From Protoeuglena noctilucae (Eukaryota), in the NCBI GenBank assembly GCA_958009085.1, contig OY253681.1:372001-436000 (forward strand): 64,000 nucleotides of DNA, in the 5' to 3' direction. Within the stretch, counting starts at the first letter, position 1; every line of letters begins with the position of its first letter. A program made the position numbers and the translations under genes. Of this stretch, positions 28,631 through 39,579 are shown one piece after another. A model generated the notes under the pieces. The model did no database searches and had not been told where the DNA came from. It saw only the letters and a program-made list of their open reading frames with translations.

Positions 28631-30353
28631 ATGCAGCTCGAGAAAATCCTCGATGAGATTGTGGGGGACAACCCCGGAACCGAGGTGAGAGGAAGGACTT
28701 TGGTTTTGATACCACGGGCCACATGGCCGTGGGGACGCCGGCCAGAGCGACGCGCTTAGCAGGGGAGCGTCGCGATTTCTCCCTCGCTGTCGGTTATGGC
28801 GCAGGGCAGCTTCGTATCGTATCGTAAGCTCAAGGACTGCGTGCGGCACATCATCGAGCGAAGGAGCTTGCGGGAGGCGACCGTCGCCAGGGTCCCGTCC
28901 AGCGGAGAGGCGGGGACGTCCCAGCACCTGCATACCATGGGCTCCGGCGCGGCCTCGGACATCTCGTCGGCCGGCGCGCTCCAGGGTGTGTCCTCAGGGT
29001 CCGGGTCGTCGGACCCGCGAGATGACCTGCGGTGAGCGCCTGAACACAGCGTTGCGACTGACGCAGTCACAATAGATCTTGTTGACGAATACGACAAATC
29101 GACCCCTTCGCCTGCCGCAGGGAGGAGTTCCTGACAACGCTGCGCTCGGACGTGGCGCGCCTGAACGCGCGTTTCATCGAGAGGGAAGAGGACCTGGTCA
29201 TTGCGGCGCAGGCAGCTCGAGAAAGCCTGCAGAAAGCCTCTGCCGGGTCGGCAGAGGCCGCATCACGCGCCCGGCGGCTGGCGGAGGTGCACCTGGAGGC
29301 AGCCAAGGAGGTCCACTGGGCGCTGCTCAATACCCTGGCCCTGATGCGCATCTCCCGCTCCCTCGACCGGGCGCTCGGCGTCCTCGTGTCCGACATCAAG
29401 GGCAGCGTCATTCGCGCCCTCCAGGTGCGGGCGCTGCTCGAGGCATGACGGTGACTCCCACGCACTGCACCCCGTATCCACCCTGCACCGTTCCCGGTCC
29501 CATCCCCCCAGGGCAGCATCCCCAAGCAGCCCTTCCGGTCCACCCCGGTCATGACGCAACTCGTCACCGACGCCGAGTCCGCCCTGGTGCCCCGCATCAC
29601 CGCCGAGCTCCCCGCGAGCCACGCCCCACCGTCCGTCAGCACGCGTGGGGGGTCCCCTGAGCCCATCTCCTCCGCCACCTTCGCATGGGCCGACCTAGCC
29701 CAGGATTGGGCGACCGGCATCCGCGACCTCGTCGCCCACTTTGCGATCCTGGAGGACTTCTCGCCCGAAGCCGCCGCTATGGCACGGCGCTTGCAGGGCG
29801 TGCTGCCCACGCTCGGGGACGGGGCGGGGCGGGGCTCGAGCGCTTTGGGAGGGAGCCCAGGTGAGAGGCGCTGCTGCCAGCTCGCCATAGGGCCTGGCTC
29901 AGCTCAGGCATGGGAGCGGGCATATGGAGTGTCATGGGTAGCGGTGCAGGTGCAGGTGCGTGTCGTTGTCTCTGCAGCCCTGAGCACCCCTTGTTCCCCT
30001 GACCCGCAGAGATCCACCCGCGGGCGGGCCTGCCCCCACATCGCCGCCTCAAGGCATCGACGTCGGATGTGTCTGCCGACACGCCCCCGGAGGAGGGCGG
30101 CAGTGTGCGCGGGGACTCGGCAGACACCGGCCGGCGATCCCCGGGGACGAAAGGCAGCGGCAGCGGATCCGGCAAAGGGTCACAGGAAGGCCCGGGCGCC
30201 CGGCAGGTGGCGCCCAGCCCCGGGGCGGTCGCAACCCGAGGAGCCACCCCCACGGTCCCATCTGCCTCCGCGAGGCCCAGGTCGGCCCCGGGTGACGCTG
30301 GTGACGACGGCCGGCCGTCAAAGCGGCCGTTCACGGGCGCTGGCGACTCCTGA
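28631..30353 (+). CDS. SPX-domain-only protein (SPX1-like, divergent), 5 exons
   Basis: MQLEKIL...PGTE|GSFVSYRKLKDCVRHI (SPX subdomain 1), EEFLTTLRSDVARLNARFIEREEDLVI (subdomain 2), HWALLNTLALMRISRSLDRALG...KQPFRSTPVMTQLV (subdomain 3 plus the QPF motif of plant SPX proteins); low-complexity tail; no transmembrane or other domain seen. Confidence 0.78.
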
Positions 30354-31787
30354 CACAGGCTCAGGCTGACCGCGTCGTCAGCACGGGGTGTCACTCCTGA
30401 CACGGCGAGTTTGAGTGTCAGAGTTTCACCCGCCACGAGCACCGGACCCGATGCACGGGCAACCGCCCACCACCTCCCCCGGGCACTTCCCCCGTCACCT
30501 GTCGGCTAGGCCCCGCCACGCACCACGCAACCGCAACGGACGCCACCCACGTTGACCCACGTATCCCCCCAGTTTTGGACCCCTTCGGTTTACCTCACGA
30601 CATGTTCATGTAAGATACCTCCGGACCCACGTGAGACGCTCGAGGGCACCATGGGTCCCGTCATGACCCTTGGGGCAGTGCCTTGCCCCGTGAGCCATGG
30701 CAGCGGCCTCATGTACTGAGTGCCAGAGAGAGCAGAGAGCCAGCGCGTGCAACAGCAGCCCGCGGCGCTACACGCGCGCGACGTACGCACCTTTGATAGT
30801 CGGACACCTCCTTTTGTGTCGCAACCGTAACGTGTGCTTTGATTTCCCCATCCCTTTTGCGTGGACCCCCACCCAAGAGCTGCATTCCCCGCCACATATG
30901 CGCGATGCCAGCCCCTTTCGTCGTCGCCACGACGCCTCCCTTTCGCGAGCGACACCTTTTGGGCTCCTAGTCCCCGCCCCACAACGCATCTGCCCTGTAC
31001 AAACCGGACCCTACCAACGAACCTTTCATTCCATGACTTGACTTGACTTGACGGCGATCGGTGGCGCAGTGGTTCTGCGGCCCCCAAGCATGGCCCGCGC
31101 TGCCACTTGCAGTGGCAGCCTTCCGACCCCGCCCAGCCACTGCGCCTGGGCAGGGATTCCCAACACCCCCGATCGTGCTTTTGTTAGAATTGACTTCCTG
31201 GGACCACACGTCGTCAGGTGGCCCAAGCGGACCTCAGGCCAGAGCTGCATGTAGCACTTTGCGCTCAGCCTTTCCATACGCGCGGTGGGGAGGGATGCCC
31301 TGCCCTGTCCGCCCCAGCGACACGGCGTACGATTTACGAGGTTTTCTTCAGGTCAGGGTACATGCCCAAATTCTCCATGCTCGTTTGCTTTGAGGACAGG
31401 ACTGTCTCGCCAGTGGGGCTCGCCCAGCGTGCTGGCTGCACACTCCCGTGCGCGGCATCTGGCGCCGGCTGCTGGCTGCCGCATTGATGACATGCGAACC
31501 CCGGCCCTTGCGTTAGCATAAACCTGCCGCGCTTGAACCGTAGGCCACATCGCGCCACCCCCTTAGCTCCCAGCAACGGGCGCCGTGCTTTGAATTTGGT
31601 TCCGTCTCCGTCCCAACTCACGCAAGCATACAGCTTTAAAAAGCATCGAGTCCATGCACCTAGGCACATGCCTGTTCCCACGCCGCTGCGCCTGGTGGGG
31701 CGCGTGGTGTGGTGTGGCAGCCTCCTGAGCACATGCGAACCCCTAGGCTGGTGAAGTGTTGGTGGGCTGGTATGAGTGGTGCAGGTT

Positions 31788-34041
31788 TCAGTTGTACACC
31801 ATGTACTTGGGAGTGGCGCTGAACTTCTGGTAGCCCTTGATGACCTTGTTCACCGCCTCCAGGAAATCCTTCTCCGTGACTGCGAACGAAAAGGAATGGC
31901 GCACACAGGTCGGTAATTGTGTAGTGCCCAGCGAGCCAGAATGGAACACCGAGCTCCGCATAGGTACTCCCAGGAGCTCTGCATCGAATAACGTTTTGTA
32001 CAGTCATCGCCGCTCACCGATCTTGCGCCGGGCTCGGATGGCGTACATGCCAGCCTCAGTGCACACGGATCGGATGTCGGCGCCCGTGGAGTTGGGGCAG
32101 AGGCGGGCGAGGAGTTCGAATCGGATGTCGCGCTCGACGGACATGGTGCGGGTGTGGATCTTAAAGATCTGGGTGCGGGACTCCAGGTCCGGGAGCGAGA
32201 ACTGCGGAGAGGGCCGGGGGGCGGTGCTGGGTGTCAGTGTCTATGCTAGACGCTGTGAGTAACTGATTGTATCATGAATCGAGGGCTCAGATAAAAGCGG
32301 AGACACCGGCGCGGGCGGCGTCATCACCTCGACTTTGCGGTCGAGGCGTCCCGGACGGAGCAGCGCCGGGTCGAGTGTGTCGGGACGGTTGGTGGCCATG
32401 AGGACCTTGATGTTCCCGCGGGAATCAAACCCATCCAGCTGGTTGACGATCTCGAGCATGGTGCGCTGCACCTCGTTGTCCCCGCCTGCAGGGACGAGCC
32501 ATCAAGCAGAGTGCTATGAGCGACGTACCGCAGCTGCGTGCGCCGCGCAGTTCAAGTCAACCCGCGCCGCTTCTCACCCGCGCCGTCGTCGTGCCTCGCC
32601 CCGCCGATCGCGTCCACCTCGTCGAAGAAAATGATGCAGGCCTTCTTGGATCGGGCCATCTGGAAGAGCTCCCGCACCATGCGCGCCCCCTCGCCCACGT
32701 ACTTCTGCACCAGCTCCGACCCGATGACGCGGATGAAGCACGCGTCCGTGCGATTGGCCACCGCGCGCGCCAGGAGGGTTTTCCCCGTCCCAGGGGGGCC
32801 CCAGCACAGAATGCCCTTGGGCGGGTCAATGCCCAGCTTGACGAACTTCTCCGGATGGAGCATCGGGAGCTCCACCACCTCCCGCATCTTCTCGATCTGG
32901 TCCCTGCATCCGCCAATGTCTGCGGCGGCGGCAGGGCTTGCGTGTGTCTCAACTGCGGCGCGGGTGCGGGTGCTCCCTGCGGGCCACGCGGCGCGATTCC
33001 GCTGCGCTGCGCACCCGAGTACGTCACGTCGGGCTTCTCCTCCACGGTCATCATCGTGACGGTCGGGTCGATGCGGGGCGGCAGCGGGATCTGGATCTGG
33101 TACTTGTTCCGGTCCACGCCGACGCGCATGCCCTCCTCCACGTCCGTCGGGGACACTTTGTCGCCCAGGCCCACGACGAACTTGGCGATGTGCTTCACGT
33201 TGATGACGTACTGCGAGCGAGGAGGCAGCGCGGGGGCTCGGCAAGTCCAGGCGACGCTTCCAAGGCCTCCCCTTGGCGAAGACGCCGCCCGGGCGGCTCC
33301 GAGAGGACGCGTCCTTTTACCTTGGCATCCGTGGTCCCCGGGTTGATGATCTTGGTGCAGCGCGCGACCTGCAGCGGCTGCTCCTCCTGCATCATCTGCT
33401 TGTCCGACACCAGGTCCCACCGGCTGGGCGGAACCAGCCCCGTGTCTGCGACGTCGCGCGGAGGAGCGTGAGGATGAGCGCGGGGAGGCGAAAAGCATCC
33501 GCGACGCTCGCCGGCGCGCTTAGCAGAGGCCCAAACGAAGCGCGCAGGCCCTCACCGGACTCCTTGATCCCGCAGAGCTCATTGACCTTCTTCAACAGGT
33601 TTTTGAGGTCGGTCTCGGTGTCCTTGATCTTGCTGCGGAGGAAATAGCGGGGAACCGGCTTCCGGCGGAGAAGCGCCGGCGCTCTCCATGACCAGCCCCG
33701 CGCGCATCGCCGCAGGCCGCAGGGACCAGATCTACGCTTCGAACGGAAAGACGTCTCGTGCCGTGATATCCCAGGCGACGCACGCGCTCGACAGCAGCCC
33801 GGCGCTGGGGCCAGGCCACTCGACGCGCGTCCCATCACGCCAGGCGCGGCGCCGCAGCGGTCCCAGGGCCCGCGGCACCCGCCCGTGCGTGCAGTAGACC
33901 GACGTTGATACGCTGTACAGCGCCACTACGCTTTGGAGGCCCTCACTTGGCGTATGGACCGAGCCCGTAGTTTTTGAGCAGCGCAATCTCGTCCTCCGAC
34001 AGCGCCTTGGCCGGCTTCTCATCGTCCACCTTCCCACTCAT
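31788..34041 (-). CDS. RPT1: 26S proteasome AAA-ATPase regulatory subunit 7
   Basis: [111 protein letters not shown]-terminus [11 protein letters not shown]. Confidence 0.97.
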
Positions 34042-34465
34042 CCATCGCCCAGCGCCCAGTCCCACGACAGCGGGGCCCGGCCTTTTGTGCTCGTGCTAGA
34101 CGCTCACCGATGCCAAGGACGCTGTGAACGGCGTTGGGCTGTCTATGCATGCGCTAGAGATGGTTGCAGACGTCGTGTCTTACCGCATGCCTGCGCATAA
34201 AACGTCAAGAGGGCTACACCCCCGAAACCCTAGCTCAGCCAGACACGGGGTCCACGTCAAGGAGGGGGAAAGCATTGAAACTACAACTCCCCTTTCCAAA
34301 CAGCAAGGCGCAAGAGAGTTGGCAGCTGCCGTCCCGCCAGGGAAGCGCACTGTCCCAGCGTGCGCAGTCCCATTGGCGGGAGCTTGAGAGGCGGATACGC
34401 TTAGATTCGCACTCGGCGCTCAGACACACAGCGGGGGAGTTACTCAACTTGCTTGTGGGGCTGAG

Positions 34466-37164
34466 ATGGCGCCCAGCAGCTCGTCTCTTGCGGCCTGCGC
34501 TGGGCAGGTCGTGCGCGTGTTTGATGGCTCGGAATCCTCTGCACCGGTCAGCATTATCGCAGATGAGCAGGTCCATTGCGTGCGGTGGAACCACACCGGC
34601 AAGGTTCTGGCCGTGGGCGGCACGCGGGGGCGCATTCGCCTCTTCCACGCGTCCGGGGCGGAGATCCCAGGCAAGAGTGGCGCAGCATGCGCCGCGATCC
34701 CCTCCACGCTACCGCCGATCTCACATCTCCCATCGCCATCACCCAACGCAGGCGGGGACCTCCCCGCCGACCCGCATGACGCCCTGATGGACCGCATCGA
34801 GGCACTGAGGTTCACCCGGGGCTCGCGCTTCGTCCTCCTGTCGGGTTCGGGCCCTTGCGTCCTCATGTAGGTGAGAGAGCTACATGCGCTACTTATGATG
34901 CTGTTCAAACATCCACGGAGTGGCCTCCTTGCTGGGCAGTCTCGCCCACAGCACGCTCCGTGTGCCGCATCGCATGCAGACCTCAAGGCGCGGCAGGTCG
35001 ACCGGCAATTCGACGGCCGGGGCCAGTCTTTTGGCGCCCTTTGCCTCTGCCCAAGCGACAAGTACCTCGCCGCTGCCTCTGCCAGGTGATCTGCGAGCAG
35101 GCACTTATATCCAAGGATGGGTGTCGCACTGTGTCATATCAGCTCGCCCGGTTTCAACCAAGCCAGTGCTCCGTTTGGCCCGCAGTGGCGGCGTGAGCAT
35201 CTTCATGCTTCAGAGTTGTCTGGAGGTGGCCAAGCTGGCTGTCGATGGCGGTGCGCGTCAGCTGGCCTTGGAGTTCCACCCGCACCAGAAACACCAGCTT
35301 GCTTGCGCGTCTCAGTCCGGCTCCGTGTTCGTCGTCGACTCCATGACCACGCGCAACGCGGCCATGTTCCCAGGCAAGGATGGCACATCGACCGACGCTC
35401 TAACCAGCCCTGACCCGCAGCACTAGACATGGTTAATTTGCCTTTGCTACAAAGCGCCAAGCCTTGCGCTTATCACTTCTCCCGTACCACGTTGCAGGGC
35501 TGCACACGGCTCCCGTCACAGGGCTTGGCTGGGTCTCGGCAGCTCCCCATGTGCTCACATCCTGCGGGGGCCACCTGGTGGCTCTTTCGGACATCAGAGC
35601 CAAGAGCTGCGTCGGCAAGATCGCCACCGACGCAGGATGCACGGCGCTCGCCACCCCCGCCGGTGAGCCGCGCCAGAGCGTGGCCGCCTGTCCGCAACGC
35701 AACCGTGTGCCTGGCAAGCACTGTTGCTTCTCTGCATCTGCAAACGACGAGTGGTTTACTACATGTATTTCGAAGGAAGTGTGCACCCCCACAACTCCCA
35801 AAAACCCCACGCCCACGTTGCGCTGCCTGCGACCGCAGAGGGCCGCAGTGACGGCGACCCAGGGTCACCCAGCAACCACGACTGGGCCCTGGCGGTCGGG
35901 ATGCAGGACGGTGGCATCGCCGTGTACGATTTGAGGCAGGCGCAGGCGCCCATGTCTTATGTCCCGCGCTTTCTGCCTGGTGCGGTGCAAGGCATCGAGT
36001 GGCAGCGTGGTGTCGTGGAGCGGACGGGTGTGCAGCACAGTGCACCACAGGGCACGCCGCATGCGGGGCGCGGGTCTGTGCCAGGCTCGCCAGATATGTC
36101 CAAGGTGGATGTCGGACGTGTCGCCGCAACTCCGGCGTCTGCTGCCCGCACTGCGCGTGCGAGTCCCGGACACCCTGGGCCTGGGCAGAGGCCGCGAGAG
36201 TCGGGTCGGGGTGAGATGGACGCCGGAGGTGCGGATGGAGCGCAGGCGGGGCTTGCTACCGCAAGCGTTGCACAGGCAGCATGGGCGGGGGGCGCCAACG
36301 GGGCGCATGCGGTGGGGCTGGCGGGTGCAGAGAAGTGGGGTGCTTCCGGAGGCAGGGGGGAAGGTGCAACGGGGCGGGTGGCAGAGGCGGAGGCTGACGG
36401 TGCGCCATTGAGAGGTGCGGAAGGGGCTGGGTCCCTTAATGGGGGTGGCAATGACCAGGGCGACAGGAGGGCGGGGCAGCACAAGGCGCAAAGCCACAGC
36501 GCGAGTGCCGACCGAGCAGTGGCGGGGCATCGGGAGGGCGAGGGAGTTGGCCGTCCATTGACGGCTGCTGAGGGTGACAAGAGCAGGGTGTTGAGTAATA
36601 CAGAGCACCGTGAGGGTCGTGCAGAGCCCAGGACTCCCGGAGCCACGGCTGCTGCCCAAGATGGGACTGGGGCCGCAGCTGTTGGGACTCCCGCACCCAA
36701 GATTGTGCACGTGGGTCTCACGGAGGCGGAGCTGCGGTGAGCTTGCAAAGGGTTCGAATTGCAACGGTCACCGAGAGCTGCGGGCCTGGGTCGCGAGCCC
36801 CATTGCTGCGGCGTCTCGTGATCGCTGCAGGAGGGTGATTCGAGAGGAGATTGCGCAGGCAGTTTCTGACATCAAGCGGGACGTGCGGGAGTCCCTGCGG
36901 GAGCTGAGCCTTGAGGTGAGGCCTGAACAGCTGGCACGTCAGGGTAGTGCACCTGACATGCAGGCTAGACTGCAGCACGAATTGTAGCGTGTATGTGCGC
37001 CAGTGCTGGGCCGTCCAATTGCGCAGATCATCCGGCAGCTCCATTACCAGCAAGTGGAGGTCTCCAGTGCGCTGGAGGAGCTTCGACAGGGCCAGGAGGA
37101 GTCAGCCGGCGCGACCCGCGCTATGCTGTCCACGCTGCCGGGCGTTGCGCGGGGCCGACCCTAG
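34466..37164 (+). CDS. NEDD1: WD40-repeat protein with C-terminal coiled coil, NEDD1/GCP-WD-like (3' end uncertain)
   Basis: N-terminal WD40 repeats (VHCVRWNHTGKVLAVGG, LAVGMQDGGIAVYDLR, VQGIEWQ), long low-complexity linker, then RVIREEIAQAVSDIKRDVRESLRELSLE|IIRQLHYQQVEVSSALEEL resembling the NEDD1 C-terminal helix. Confidence 0.7.
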
Positions 37165-37412
37165 GGTGCAAGAGCGTCGCACGTCGGCTTTTCAACGGGT
37201 GTTATATGCTAGAAACGCGCCTTGCTTCTTGAAGGCGCTCTCGGGGACAAGGTTACTCTACGCGTCGAGTCCGGGGAAAGACAGCGCATCCAGCCTGAGC
37301 CAAACACACAAAGGTCTGCGCGGCGCCTGAGGGAAACCATACGTGCGCGCTGGGGCGGGCGCCGGGAAGGCCGGCGATCAGCAGCGCGAAAGTGAACTCG
37401 ACATGGGTCAGC

Positions 37413-39460
37413 TCAGAAGCCCTCCTTGCCATCCGCCTGGCGCAGGGTGCCCAGGGCCTTGGGGGCCGACGTCTGCACGACCATCGATTTGGCGTAAGCC
37501 GACACGTCCACGTCCTTCTCCGCAGCGATCTGGCCCTTGATCCAGAAGTACGTCACGCGGAGGCCGTCCTGGAGCTTGATCGTCGGCTCCCAGCCGAGCT
37601 TCTCGAGGATGAGCGCGTTGTCTGCGGGCAGGTCCAGCGGTCCGGGACGTCATCCCTGCGCAGCGGAGACCGCAGAAGCACAGAAAAAACGCTGCAAGAA
37701 TTCCGAAAACGCACCCGAGTTGCGCCCACGCACGCCCTCGGGCCCCGGGATGTGCTTGATGGACAGCGGCCTGTTCTCGTACCCCATCACCATCTCCATC
37801 ATCTCGTTCATCGACACCATCTCCGACGAGCCGATGTTGAGCGGCTCGCGGACGTCCGACTGCGACGCGGGAAGCATTCCGCGTATGACACGGGGCCGCA
37901 GGAGCGGGACGGCACGCGCATGGGCTGCGCCGTCAGCATCACACCTTCATGAGGCGCAGGACGCCCTCGACGCAGTCGTCGATGAAGGTGAAGGAGCGCG
38001 TCTGCTTGCCGTCGCCCCACATCTCGACCTCGCCCTGCGACGTGAGGACCTTGCGGCAGAAGGCCGCGGGGGCCTTCTCGCGCCCGCCCTTCCAAGTGCC
38101 GTACGGGCCGTAGATGTTGTGGAAGCGGGCCACGCGCGTCTCGATGCCAAAGTCCTTGCAGTAGTGCTTCGCGAGCTCCTCCGTGACCAGCTTCTCGAGG
38201 CCGTACGCGTCCTGCGGCTGCGCGGGCCACGCGTCTGCCTCCTTCAGGCCCCCGCCCTCGACCTGCGTGTCCAGCTGCTTGAACTCGGGGTAGATGCACG
38301 CGGAGGAGGCGTAGAAGAAACGCTTGATGTTGGCGATGCGGGCGGCCTCCATCATGTTGAACGAGATCTGCGGGAGGGAGGGGCGCGAGGCGGTGATGAG
38401 CGCGCAGTGGGCTCGCCGCACGCCCGCGCCGGCCCACGGCGGCCACGGGGTCGTCAATTGCTTGCCAAGCAGTGTTAACATGCATACCGATGTAGCATCT
38501 GCCGTCGCGGGGCAGCGGGCGCCTGTGACCGCCGGCGGGCTCACCATCGTGTTGTTGTAGAGGATGACCGAGTGGTTCGACTGGATGAAGCCCATGCCGC
38601 CCATGTCAGCCGCCAGGTTGAAGACGTGGTCGCATCCCTGCACGACCTTGACGCAGTTGTCTGCGGCGACGCGACCCCCCAAAGTGGATGGAACTCATGG
38701 GCACCCCTCCGCGCCCGCGTGCGCCAATATATCGTCCACAAGTCATGCCGATGGACATGTCCGGCTGTTATGTACCCGATGACAAAGGCTCGCGTAACCC
38801 TGGATCCCGAGGCCGCCACGCGGCCTCGGTCATGGGTGGGCAGCTGCACCGGGGCATGCGCGCCACTCGGCGGTCGAAATGCCCGAACAAGCAACACCCG
38901 TCATTTTCGTGTACATAAGTAATGGCGTAACGCGACGGTCTGGGCAAATACACTGCATGCGCCGCTCGGGCGACGCACAAGGCGCGCCGCCCCGTCAGCC
39001 AGTCTACGCGCGCCCCGCGCCGCAAGGGCCGCTCTTTCCCCCGCTCCGCTCACCGTACACCCTCAGATCTACGAGGTGGAACTCGTCACAGAAGATCTCC
39101 TCCGGCATGTGCTCATTCCGCTTCCAATCGCACGCCACCACGAAGTGCCCCTCCGACTTGAGCCGCTTGGCCAGGTGCGAGGCGATGAAGCCCCCGGCCC
39201 CCGTCACGCATATCTGCAAATTGTACGCGGATGCGACGGGATGTCGCGGCAGCCGCCCCGCAGCGACGCGCCGGCGGATTCCCGAGTGCCTGCCAAAAGT
39301 CTCCCCGGCGCGGCCGGGGGCATGGCCTTCAGGGCCTCAGCGGGCCGCTTTCCTGTGCGCGACCCACCTTCAACTTCTTATCGGGCCAGTACGGCTCGAA
39401 AGGGAACCGGGCCAGGTTCGAGGACTCGTAATAGTCCTTGTGCACGGCGTCGGTGGCCAT
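37413..39460 (-). CDS. GME: GDP-mannose 3',5'-epimerase
   Basis: EPYWPDKKLK|ICVTGAGGFIASH, VFNLAADMGGMGFIQSNHS, FYASSACIYPE, PQDAYGLEK, RFHNIYGPYGTWKGGREKAPAAFCRK, PGPEGVRGRNS, LRQADGKEGF*. Confidence 0.97.
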
Positions 39461-39579
39461 GGTCGCGGAGGCGAGTCCTTCAATGTCGCAGACAGACAAA
39501 GAAGGGCGAGTTTACCGGGGGGGAGGCGCCCCGACGCAACATTCGACGACGACCCGCTGGCACGACCTTTCTGACCCGG

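Noticed and set aside
30609..30613. TGTAA as a chlorophyte poly(A) signal for the SPX gene
   Set aside because: I did not see the motif consistently downstream of the other genes here, so one occurrence is not supportable.
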